Source of the DNA: a virus
Lineage: Duplodnaviria > Caudoviricetes
Direction: 5' to 3' (one strand)
IMG/VR virus record: IMGVR_UViG_3300033513_000001
Span: 25,431 to 89,430 of that record
Length of the DNA: 64,000 nucleotides
The position numbers and the translations under genes were made by a program. Positions 19,562 through 28,443 of this stretch are shown piece after piece (the stretch's first letter is position 1; the number at the start of each line of letters is the position of its first letter). Below the pieces are notes generated by a model that saw only the letters and a list, made by a program, of their open reading frames with translations, did not search any database and was not told the DNA's origin.

Positions 19562-22287
19562 TGGCAGTCTTGAAAATACGTGACGCCACAAACTCTAGTT
19601 GGATTGAAGTCAGCGGCGGCGCTACCGGATACACCGGGTACACTGGCTATACTGGTTACACAGGATATAGCGGTGCCGACTCGGCTGTCACAGGCTACAC
19701 AGGATATACTGGCTACACCGGCTACTCAGGAGCAGACTCCGCTGTAACGGGTTACACGGGCTATACAGGCTATACTGGCTACACGGGCGACTCAGGCGCG
19801 GCGACTGCAACGGGCGCAACGGGATACACTGGTTACACCGGCTACACCGGCTATACCGGCGCGGATTCTGCTGTAACGGGCTATACTGGCTACACCGGAT
19901 ACACGGGCTATACAGGTTACTCAGGAGCCGATTCTGCCGTCACCGGCTATACTGGCTACACGGGTTACACCGGGTACACTGGCGCTGATGGAGCCGCTAC
20001 CACTACCGGGGCAACGGGCTACACAGGTTACACCGGCTACACAGGTTACAGCGGTGCGGATTCCACTGTCACGGGTTACACAGGATACACTGGTTACACC
20101 GGCCCTGTTGGAGAGACGGGCTACACAGGTTATTCGGGTGCAGACTCAACCGTCACGGGCTACACGGGATATACCGGCTATACTGGCTATTCTGGCGCAG
20201 ACTCAGCCGTAACCGGGTACACAGGGTACACGGGGTACTCCGGGGCTGACTCAACTGTGACAGGATACACCGGATACACAGGAGCGGACTCAACAGTCAC
20301 AGGTTACACAGGATACACTGGTTACAGTGGAGCGGATAGCGCGGTCACAGGCTATACAGGCTACACAGGATACACCGGCCCAGATATCACCGGCCCAACG
20401 GGGTACACCGGCTACTCCGGCAAAGATTCTACCGTGACGGGCTACACAGGATATACTGGATATTCTGGGGCGGACTCGACGGTCACGGGGTACACTGGAT
20501 ACACCGGGTATACTGGATACAGCGGGGCAGACAGTTCTGTAACAGGCTACACGGGTTACACGGGTTATTCAGGCTATACGGGTTACACGGGTTACAGTGG
20601 TGCGGACTCTGCTGTTACTGGATACACAGGTTATACCGGCTATACAGGATACTCTGGGGCCGACTCCGCAGTTACAGGATACACTGGTTACACAGGTTAC
20701 AGCGGAGCCGACTCAACAGTAACGGGGCCAACTGGCTATACGGGATACAGCGGTGCGAACTCCACCGTTACTGGCTACACTGGTTACACTGGGTACACAG
20801 GCTACAGTGGGGCCGATTCCTCTGTGACTGGTTACACGGGCTATACGGGCTATTCGGGCGCAGATTCCTCCGTCACAGGATACACTGGCTACACTGGCCC
20901 AATCGGGGCGACGGGATACACGGGCTATTCTGGTGCAGACTCAACTGTGACAGGTTACACTGGCCCAGTAGGGCCAACAGGCTACACGGGATATTCCGGG
21001 GCCGATTCCTCTGTAACGGGGTATACGGGATACACGGGTTACTCTGGCGCGGATTCAACGGTGACGGGCTACACAGGATATTCAGGAGCAGACTCAACTG
21101 TTACTGGATACACGGGCTATACAGGCTATAGCGGAGCCGACAGCACCGTTACGGGGCCGACAGGTTATACGGGCTACACTGGTTACTCAGGAGCAAACAG
21201 CACCGTAACGGGTTACACGGGTTACACTGGATACTCAGGAGCAAATTCAACCGTCACGGGGTACACTGGCTACACTGGATACAGCGGGACTAACTCAACA
21301 GTAACAGGATACACTGGCTACACTGGATACACAGGCGACATTCAGGGCGCGGGCATCATCGGGCGAGTGGCACAATTCGTTACGAACACAAAGACGCTTG
21401 AAGCGGCCAACATCATCGGGCCAGCCGCGAACGTCCTGACATTGACCGCAACGGCAGCCAGCACGTTGGGACTGGCAATTTCAGCCGGAAAGGTATTGAC
21501 GCTCACGGCAACCGATACCAGCGGCATCACATTCACGGGCGCATCGGTTCTCACTGTGCCAGTGACAGGCACGGCAGCTTTGCTTGGAGTCGCCAATGCC
21601 TTCACGAACGACAACACGGTTGCAAGCGGGAAATTCTTCACCTGCCTGACCGATGGTGACACAGGCGGGTTGCGGGCTGGCTCAGGCTCAGACGTCCTGT
21701 TGTATCGCAATGCGGCAGACACATGGCGAACGCCAGACTCACTAATTGTAGATTCGGGGTTAGGTGTAGGCACAGTGGCCGCACCTACGACAAAGATTTT
21801 GACAGTGGGCGCAGGCGCATCTGGCGTGGATGCAGAGGTCATCAGGTTCAACAGAACCGATGATGCCAACCGATATAACTCTATCAAAAGTTTATCGGCC
21901 ACTGGCGGCAATGCTTCTATCTCATTCTATGTTCACGACGGAGTTGGGGCAGCGACTCAGAAGGATGTGCTGGTGCTATACGGGAGCGGAGTATCGGCGT
22001 TCGGCGGATTGGTGACGATTAACGGTGGTCTTAATGTCGGTGCGGCGACTGACCCAGGCGACAACAACCTATGGGTGGAGGGGACTGCTTTTGCTCAATA
22101 TTTAGTCGCAAACAATTCAAGCGCAATCGCTACCGCTACAGTGAACGGGGCAATAGCTATCGTGGACGGCATGACGGCTCCTGGGACATCGGCAGGTTGG
22201 GCGCTCATCTACGTGGATACTGCCGATGGCGACCTCAAGGTCAAATTTGGCGATGGGACGGTCAAAGTCTTGGCGGCAGACACGTGA
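19561..22287 (+). CDS. Tail fibre-like protein with long Gly-Tyr-Thr collagen-like repeat
   Basis: ~570 aa of GYT triplets interrupted by GADS(A/T/S)VT; beta-rich C-terminal domain; coupled to GT gene via TGATG. Confidence 0.8.
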   Translation: MAVLKIRDATNSSWIEVSGGATGYTGYTGYTGYTGYSGADSAVTGYTGYTGYTGYSGADSAVTGYTGYTGYTGYTGDSGAATATGATGYTGYTGYTGYTGADSAVTGYTGYTGYTGYTGYSGADSAVTGYTGYTGYTGYTGADGAATTTGATGYTGYTGYTGYSGADSTVTGYTGYTGYTGPVGETGYTGYSGADSTVTGYTGYTGYTGYSGADSAVTGYTGYTGYSGADSTVTGYTGYTGADSTVTGYTGYTGYSGADSAVTGYTGYTGYTGPDITGPTGYTGYSGKDSTVTGYTGYTGYSGADSTVTGYTGYTGYTGYSGADSSVTGYTGYTGYSGYTGYTGYSGADSAVTGYTGYTGYTGYSGADSAVTGYTGYTGYSGADSTVTGPTGYTGYSGANSTVTGYTGYTGYTGYSGADSSVTGYTGYTGYSGADSSVTGYTGYTGPIGATGYTGYSGADSTVTGYTGPVGPTGYTGYSGADSSVTGYTGYTGYSGADSTVTGYTGYSGADSTVTGYTGYTGYSGADSTVTGPTGYTGYTGYSGANSTVTGYTGYTGYSGANSTVTGYTGYTGYSGTNSTVTGYTGYTGYTGDIQGAGIIGRVAQFVTNTKTLEAANIIGPAANVLTLTATAASTLGLAISAGKVLTLTATDTSGITFTGASVLTVPVTGTAALLGVANAFTNDNTVASGKFFTCLTDGDTGGLRAGSGSDVLLYRNAADTWRTPDSLIVDSGLGVGTVAAPTTKILTVGAGASGVDAEVIRFNRTDDANRYNSIKSLSATGGNASISFYVHDGVGAATQKDVLVLYGSGVSAFGGLVTINGGLNVGAATDPGDNNLWVEGTAFAQYLVANNSSAIATATVNGAIAIVDGMTAPGTSAGWALIYVDTADGDLKVKFGDGTVKVLAADT
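19618..21336 (+). repeat. Coding tandem repeat (GYT)n/GADSxVT
   Basis: Near-perfect at protein level, strongly codon-diversified at DNA level. Confidence 0.95.
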
Positions 22288-22294
22288 GGTAACT

Positions 22295-22564
22295 ATGTTT
22301 TCAGATTATGGCACAAAGTCATCCAGCGTTTTATCCGGTGCTCAAATCCTGACCAATGTCAGGTCGCTGTACAGGGAAGCCAATATACTAGCGGCGAAGT
22401 TGGCACTCTACCAGTCTGCAACTGACCCTGCGTTCAACGCCGCCGTCAACGCAACGTACACAGTCGCAGAGCGGGCAGAATTGGCAGCAATGCTGACTGA
22501 AGTCACCGCGCTGGTGACGGATTGGGAAACCAATCATCCACAAGCGATTGGCAACGCAAGTTGA
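22295..22564 (+). CDS. Hypothetical protein (possible fibre assembly/chaperone)
   Basis: GAGGT SD then ATG 22295; helical. Confidence 0.6.
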   Translation: MFSDYGTKSSSVLSGAQILTNVRSLYREANILAAKLALYQSATDPAFNAAVNATYTVAERAELAAMLTEVTALVTDWETNHPQAIGNAS

Positions 22565-22589
22565 CACACCGCCCAAACGGGCGTATACT
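22561..22589 (+). promoter_or_regulatory. Near-consensus sigma70 promoter
   Basis: TTGACA-N17-TATACT. Confidence 0.75.
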
Positions 22590-22608
22590 ACACTCATGGA
22601 GTAGAACA

Positions 22609-23043
22609 GTGAATTGGGAAACTCTTGTCCTCACGCTCATCACGTCTGCGCTATCCGCCACAATCATCTCTGTCGTCGGCAACGTCATCGTCGAGTCCAT
22701 GCGAAGGGGCAAGACGCAGGCCGAGGCGAACAACATCCGGGCCGAGACGGAGGAGAAACGGGCACGCGTAGCAAAGCAACAGATGGAAACCGACATCAGG
22801 TTGGGTGATGAACAGGATGAGAAGATTAGTCAACTCAGGGAAGAACTGGATAAGCAAGGCTGTCGCATTTCCCTGATGGACATCCACATCAACGATTTGG
22901 TAATGTTGGTGTCTCAATTGCTAGAGTGCATTCAGGCGGGCAAACCCGCAACGGGGATTGACTTCTCCATTCTCAACCGCGTTCGCTGGCAGCAACGGCT
23001 GGCGACGATGGAGAAGATGTCCGAAGAACAGGGGGTGAAATGA
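22609..23043 (+). CDS. Holin-like membrane protein (N-terminal TM + coiled coil)
   Basis: GGAG SD, GTG 22609; WETLVLTLITSALSATIISVVGNVIV TM segment; upstream of endolysin candidate. Confidence 0.55.
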   Translation: MNWETLVLTLITSALSATIISVVGNVIVESMRRGKTQAEANNIRAETEEKRARVAKQQMETDIRLGDEQDEKISQLREELDKQGCRISLMDIHINDLVMLVSQLLECIQAGKPATGIDFSILNRVRWQQRLATMEKMSEEQGVK

Positions 23044-23927
23044 AACGACTCGTTATTGCGATTGTCTTGGCGCTTGCGGCGTGTGTTGTCCCGCCGCCCG
23101 TTAGCCCACCTATCACACCAACTTTCGTCAGTGCGCTTCCGCGACCCGTCTGGACTTCCACCATCATCCCCAACGCGCTGGTGAACGGCGGCATGAATAC
23201 GCCCTACAGCAATCCTCAGTACATGACCATCAATCTACCGTGGGGCTGGTCGTTCGGCTGGCAACAAGACCCACCCTGCATCCCGAACTCGCCCGGTTGC
23301 CCGTGTCCGACGAACTGCATCCAGCCAAGCGGGTCGTGCAACCACGACTATGGTTGCTCATGGGCAATGCCAGAGGCTTCAAGGGTATTGGCGATTGAGT
23401 ACGAGGGGCTAAGGACACGCGAGGGGGACGCGAGCGCCAAAGTGTTTGTCATGGGTCGTCAGTTCATGGGATGGTACTACCAACGGGTCGAGGTCGGGCT
23501 AGGCAATCCCATCACCTTCACAACCTACCTGCAAGCGTGGATGTATTTCGACTATGCAAACACCAGTCACGGCCAACGGAGCGACAAACCAACCACCATG
23601 CACTTGCGAGTTGGAATTGACCCATTCGGCGGGAACGATGTCAACAGCGCCAGCATCGTGTGGAGTCCAGAGGGGGACGCGTTCAGGATTGACAAGAACA
23701 GCCCAAACATCTGGAAAAAGTTTTCGGTCACGACAAACTCAATGGGCAGATTTGTGACTGTGTTTGTCTATGCCAACCCAGACTGGTCAAAGCCTGCATT
23801 GGACTTTCCAGAATTGTACGACGGAAACTACGCCAGATCACAAGATTTGTATGTAGACGAGTCACGTCTTGAAGTCAATGTGATTCATCCTATCTACAGA
23901 CTGTACCTGCCGCTAGTCAGGAGATAA
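23040..23927 (+). CDS. Lipoprotein with Pro linker and CBM-like beta-sandwich
   Basis: MKRLVIAIVLALAAC lipobox; LRVGIDPFGG motif; ends RLYLPLVRR. Confidence 0.7.
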   Translation: MKRLVIAIVLALAACVVPPPVSPPITPTFVSALPRPVWTSTIIPNALVNGGMNTPYSNPQYMTINLPWGWSFGWQQDPPCIPNSPGCPCPTNCIQPSGSCNHDYGCSWAMPEASRVLAIEYEGLRTREGDASAKVFVMGRQFMGWYYQRVEVGLGNPITFTTYLQAWMYFDYANTSHGQRSDKPTTMHLRVGIDPFGGNDVNSASIVWSPEGDAFRIDKNSPNIWKKFSVTTNSMGRFVTVFVYANPDWSKPALDFPELYDGNYARSQDLYVDESRLEVNVIHPIYRLYLPLVRR

Positions 23928-23932
23928 CCGCA

Positions 23933-24211
23933 ATGTCTTGGCGCAACACTGTCCTAGAACTCTACGAGCCTGACGACGGCTGGCCCACCGAAGGCGAACC
24001 TGCCGACTGGATTGCAGAAGCCAAAGTCGGCTGGTGTCAAGGAACGGCAGAATGTCTCATCGTCTTGACGCCCACTTGGAGAATCGCGTGGTGGAAGGTC
24101 AAGTATTGGGTGGGCCTGATTGCCGAAACATTGTCCTATTACCTCTACTGGAAGTGGTGGATGGCGGGGCATGAGAAGGAGTTTGCGGAGTGGTATGGAC
24201 AGGCCGATTGA
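23933..24211 (+). CDS. Hypothetical protein
   Basis: AGGAG SD; Trp-rich ORF in operon. Confidence 0.5.
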   Translation: MSWRNTVLELYEPDDGWPTEGEPADWIAEAKVGWCQGTAECLIVLTPTWRIAWWKVKYWVGLIAETLSYYLYWKWWMAGHEKEFAEWYGQAD

Positions 24212-24374
24212 CCGAATAAGGCAATACCAATTCGTCAGTTGGTTTCCTGACTGGCGCGGGTTTTGGTTTCGCAGATTTGGTGAGAAGGACTCTGACCTTG
24301 CAATGTTTTTCAAATGGTTCTTGTCCATCGGCTTTTGGGAAATCCGCAAGTGGCAAGCAAAGAGGCCATACTGA
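24195..24374 (+). CDS. Small hypothetical protein
   Basis: GGAG SD; stop overlaps next start. Confidence 0.45.
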   Translation: MDRPIDRIRQYQFVSWFPDWRGFWFRRFGEKDSDLAMFFKWFLSIGFWEIRKWQAKRPY

Positions 24375-26680
24375 TGGGCAGAAACACGGGCGGCCTCCAC
24401 TGTCAAGACGGCAACACATCAAATCTTGGGAACTATCTCAGGGCTTGCCGAGATGCAGGCTATCCAGTTGGGCTAATCAAGGTTCTCTCTGACATCGGTT
24501 CGGCGGCACTCGCAAAAGAAATCAGCCCGAACACTTTTACCGTGTGGCGCAAGCCCGTTCACTGGTCGGGCAAGGACGACCAAGACAACCCGCCGCTTGA
24601 CCAAGACTTAACCCAAGCGCAAATTGAAGCGATTGCTGCCCGCTGGATGGGAATTTGTTACCAGACATGGCGTAGCCCAAAAGATTACTTGACCCCTGAC
24701 GGGCCGAAAGTCTACCAGTACATTGACGTTTTTGAAATAACCAACGAAGCCAACCCTGTCACCGAGCGCGACATCAAGAACTATGACGCCTTCTTTGTCG
24801 CCTGCATGAAGCACGCCGAAGCCCAACCGGAGAATTTCAAACTCGCCCTATGGTCATTCTCGGCAGGATGTCCAGAGCCAGAGGTCATCGAATGGATGCG
24901 CCCAAGCCTGACCTACGCCTATGAACACGGTCATGCTCTTGCCGTCCACGAAGGCGCAGTAGACGATGAGAAGCGACTGCTCATGGACAACTGGAATGGC
25001 GTACCAGAGCAGGGAACATCCTTGCGCTATCGGATGTTCTACAATCATCTCGGATTCTGCCCGAAGGTCGTCATCACCGAAACCTACCAGATAGATGGAT
25101 ACCAGCATCCCGACTGGAACGATTGGCAAGAATACCTGACCGAACTTGGAAAGGATAACTATGTGGTAGGCTGCGGCTGGTTTACCGAGGGAGATTACTC
25201 ATTCTCGCCGGGGCAATCTGTCAACATCAATAACGTTCTGTGGAACGAAGACACGGGGGGCTTTGCTACACCGTGCATAGCGTCGGCAAGAGCATCTGTC
25301 CCACCTGTTGCCAACGCGCTCGACTTGGGCATTCCGTTCCTGTCACAGAACAACCCAACCAGCGCCAACGAGTCGCCCAATGATTGCGGCGCGGCGTGCC
25401 TGGCGATGGACTTGAACGCGCTCAAAACCTACTGCACTGTCAATGAGGTCTGGGAAAGGTCTGGGGCTGGCATGGGCTACATGACGTTCGCCAACCTGCA
25501 AACGGCAGCCACTTCATACGGTGACACGCTGGAAGTGCGCTACAACCAGACGATTGAACTGTTGAGAGCGGCTCTGCGAAACGGCGAGTTGGTTATCTTG
25601 CTGGTCAACGCAACCTACCTATGGCAACCGGGCAAGGCGAATCCCTATCTGGGTGCACATTTCGTTGTGGCAAGCGGGATGCTGAACGACGGGACGATTG
25701 TCATTCACGACCCGAATAATCTGCCGTTCACGCCACAGGAGAACTTGGCCGAGGCGTGGGGCAACTGTCACCTGCAAGACAATCCCGACTACGCCATGCT
25801 GGTCTTGCACGAAGGGACAACGCCGCCCCCGCCTCCCGTGACGACACCCGCCCTGTCAGGCGTGGGGATGGGCAACGCCGCACCGCTGACACCGCCAGAG
25901 ATTGAGGCGCTGCGAATCAGCAAGATCGCTGCGTTCAAGGCTTTGACAATTCAAGACTCAGGCGAAGCGGCTCAACTTCTCAGTCAGGTTAGAAGTGTCA
26001 GGCCCGATATGTTCATCATGGCGCGGCTGATGTTTCCGCCCAACTCAGACACGCCGTTCACGCCGCAGATGTTTGTGGACTATGTGGGCAATCCTGCATT
26101 GGCTTACTACACGAGAGGCGTACAACACTTTGAAATTCATAACGAAGTGAACCTTACCAGTGAGGGGTGCTTCTGGAACTGGCTAGACGGTGCTGAGTTC
26201 TCGGAATGGTTTAGGCAAGTCTACATCCTTTTGCGGCGCATGATGCCAAACGCAAAGTTGGGATTCCCCGGACTTAGCCCACAGGTAGATGACATTGACG
26301 GTGTTTGCATTGCCAGTGACGAGTTTCTGCAACAAGCAAGAAACGCGGTAATTAGCGCAGACTTTCTGTGCCAGCACAGTTATTTCCAAGACAGAGGTAC
26401 AGGCCATTGGCAAATGTCTAGTGAGGATTTTGGTGGTCTTTACTGGAAACGAGCACAACGAGCATACCCAAACAAGAAACTATATCTCACTGAGTATAGT
26501 TGCAACAACCCCGCTGTAAGTGACAGAGACAAGGGCTTGATGTACCTAGACTATCTCAAAGAGTTGTCAGGCATTGAGGCGGCTTTCGCCTTCGCCCTGT
26601 CGTGGCCCGGAAGCGACGTGAACCATGAGGGCTTTGTGCGTGACGGCGTTGTGACTGACATCCCGCGAGCGATGGGATGA
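24374..26680 (+). CDS. Putative endolysin: GH-A-like hydrolase + C39-like cysteine peptidase + GH-A-like hydrolase
   Basis: EITNEAN...ITETY and EIHNEVN...LTEYS acid/base and nucleophile pairs; QNN...NDCGAACLAM...HFVV...IHDP C39 motif. Confidence 0.7.
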   Translation: MGRNTGGLHCQDGNTSNLGNYLRACRDAGYPVGLIKVLSDIGSAALAKEISPNTFTVWRKPVHWSGKDDQDNPPLDQDLTQAQIEAIAARWMGICYQTWRSPKDYLTPDGPKVYQYIDVFEITNEANPVTERDIKNYDAFFVACMKHAEAQPENFKLALWSFSAGCPEPEVIEWMRPSLTYAYEHGHALAVHEGAVDDEKRLLMDNWNGVPEQGTSLRYRMFYNHLGFCPKVVITETYQIDGYQHPDWNDWQEYLTELGKDNYVVGCGWFTEGDYSFSPGQSVNINNVLWNEDTGGFATPCIASARASVPPVANALDLGIPFLSQNNPTSANESPNDCGAACLAMDLNALKTYCTVNEVWERSGAGMGYMTFANLQTAATSYGDTLEVRYNQTIELLRAALRNGELVILLVNATYLWQPGKANPYLGAHFVVASGMLNDGTIVIHDPNNLPFTPQENLAEAWGNCHLQDNPDYAMLVLHEGTTPPPPPVTTPALSGVGMGNAAPLTPPEIEALRISKIAAFKALTIQDSGEAAQLLSQVRSVRPDMFIMARLMFPPNSDTPFTPQMFVDYVGNPALAYYTRGVQHFEIHNEVNLTSEGCFWNWLDGAEFSEWFRQVYILLRRMMPNAKLGFPGLSPQVDDIDGVCIASDEFLQQARNAVISADFLCQHSYFQDRGTGHWQMSSEDFGGLYWKRAQRAYPNKKLYLTEYSCNNPAVSDRDKGLMYLDYLKELSGIEAAFAFALSWPGSDVNHEGFVRDGVVTDIPRAMG

Positions 26681-26763
26681 GTTACCTACTCTGCGGCTCA
26701 TTCGCTGTAATTTGCGTCATCGCCGTCATAATAATTCGCCTCGTTCATCGCAGACCCCGTTAG
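26677..26763 (+). CDS. 28-aa single-pass membrane peptide
   Basis: ATGA overlap with endolysin stop; MSYLLCGSFAVICVIAVIIIRLVHRRPR. Confidence 0.4.
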   Translation: MSYLLCGSFAVICVIAVIIIRLVHRRPR

Positions 26764-26777
26764 ATTTCCCCATAGAC

Positions 26778-26820
26778 GTGACATTTGTCACTTGCCACAT
26801 AGTAGCAATTGTGTGATAAT
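26778..26820 (+). promoter_or_regulatory. Operator GTGACATTTGTCAC abutting promoter of the TIGR-like locus
   Basis: Perfect 14-bp palindrome then TTGCCA-N17-GATAAT (extended TG). Confidence 0.75.
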
Positions 26821-26824
26821 CACA

Positions 26825-26978
26825 GCATGAGTCACAGCCGGCGTGTAACCCATGTATGGCGTGCGAGCCAGAGGTGAAGTGTAACCCATACAATAAGTGC
26901 GAGCCATGCTAGACGTGTAACCCATACAAAGAGTGTGAGCCAAACTGTATGTGTAACCCAATGAACTCGTGCGTACAC
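26825..26978 (+). repeat. Dual-repeat array 1 (TIGR-like guide RNA array), 4 units of 36 nt
   Basis: Alternating GTGYGAGCCA / GTGTAACCCA with 8-nt variable spacers at an exact 18-nt period. Confidence 0.9.
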
Positions 26979-27000
26979 CAAACAGAGAAAGGAAAAATGA

Positions 27001-27897
27001 ATGCAACCTACAGGTTCAAGACTTATTCTTTACGGCGATAAAAACGCATCCTTCTCACTCTATGACATCGCAGACATCCACTTCGGCAACCGCGCCTGCG
27101 CCAAGCACGTCTTAGAGGCTGATGTCCAGAGGGTCAACAAAGACCCCTATGCCCTCTGGGTACTTGGCGGCGACTACGGCGAGTTCATTAGCTGGACTGA
27201 CCCACGCTTTGACCCTGAGTGTGTGGACTCAGAGATGACCGTCAATGACATGGCCGAACTCGCCGCGTATCTACTCAAGGGCGTATCGCAATTCCTCTCG
27301 CCCATTTCCTCAAAGTGCCTCGGCGCGTGCATCGGAAACCACGAACAGAAATATTTTACATCCAAGTCTCAGACCGACATTCACACCGCCATGTGCGAAC
27401 TGATAGACTGTCAGAATCTCAGGTATTCTGGCTGGTTCGACCTTTTCTTTCAGCACATGGACGGGATGACGGGTTGCCAACTCATCAAGAGGCCCAAGCC
27501 AGAGATGGTCAGGCTGGCAGGACAAACGCGGTTGCGCGTGTTTGTCCATCACGGATTCTCCGGCGCAATCACGGCGGGCGGAAAGATGAACGCCTTGAAG
27601 CGTGCGCTGGATATGGTAGACGCTGACTTGGTGATGTTGGGCCATATGCACGAACAAATTGCAAAGTCAAGTATCAGATTGGGAGTGGATGACCTATGCT
27701 CGACGGTGACACACAAAACCAGCCTCGGAATGGTGACAGGAACGTATCTGCGAACTTACGCAATGAACCAGTCGGGCTACGGGGAGATGCGGGGATACCC
27801 GCCGACCACACTGGGAGCAACGAGGGCAGTGTTCACTCCGGCGACGATGAGCCTGACGGTGGAAAACAGAGCCGACGGAGTGGGGACGCGGTTCTAG
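27001..27897 (+). CDS. Calcineurin-like metallophosphoesterase
   Basis: DIH...GGD...GNHE...HHG...GHMH motifs; AAAGGA SD. Confidence 0.9.
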   Translation: MQPTGSRLILYGDKNASFSLYDIADIHFGNRACAKHVLEADVQRVNKDPYALWVLGGDYGEFISWTDPRFDPECVDSEMTVNDMAELAAYLLKGVSQFLSPISSKCLGACIGNHEQKYFTSKSQTDIHTAMCELIDCQNLRYSGWFDLFFQHMDGMTGCQLIKRPKPEMVRLAGQTRLRVFVHHGFSGAITAGGKMNALKRALDMVDADLVMLGHMHEQIAKSSIRLGVDDLCSTVTHKTSLGMVTGTYLRTYAMNQSGYGEMRGYPPTTLGATRAVFTPATMSLTVENRADGVGTRF

Positions 27898-28009
27898 CCG
27901 AACTGGTTACAAAACTCAGGGGCGACAAGCCGACTACTCTAGTGGGGTTTCTTAGGGCAAGTCTGTCGGAAGCGCAGAGAAAAAGCGAGGAAAGGGCAAG
28001 GGAATTGAT

Positions 28010-28416
28010 TGAATAGCCAACAAGAGCGTGCAACCCAGAATAGACGTGCGAGCCATGTGTGCCGTGTAACCCAAGATGGTTGTGCGAGCCATATACCACG
28101 TGTAACCCATGACAAGCGTGTGAGCCATGACTGTCGTGTAACCCAGGTGCAGCGTGCGTAGCCAGACGCGCCGTGTAATCCAGTCGAGGCGTGCGAGCCA
28201 ACAAGTGTGTGTAACCCATTAGAGCCGTGTGAGCCATATATGTTGTGTAACCCAGACATAATGTGTGAGCCACGCGAATTGTGTAACCCAAATTCGACGT
28301 GCGAGCCATTACCTTTGTGTAGCCCAAAAGAGGCGTGCGAGCCATGCAGGTGGTGTAACCCACACAGCCAATGCGAGCCATAAACTCTATGTAACCCAGA
28401 TGCCAAGTGCGTAACA
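28010..28416 (+). repeat. Dual-repeat array 2 (TIGR-like), 11 units
   Basis: Same alternating repeats, distinct 8-nt spacers, one unit with a 1-nt insertion (GTGCGTAGCCA). Confidence 0.95.
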
Positions 28417-28443
28417 AGAAACTGAAATTGAAAGGAAAACAAG

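Noticed and set aside
19618-21336. Ice-nucleation protein similarity (GADSSVT, GY motifs)
   Set aside because: Lacks the regular 8/16-residue AGYGST period; dominated by Gly-x-y triplets and located in a tail operon.
27696-28016. ORF overlapping the phosphoesterase 3' end
   Set aside because: No plausible start or SD near its non-overlapping part and no canonical slippery site; only the last ~40 codons look protein-like.
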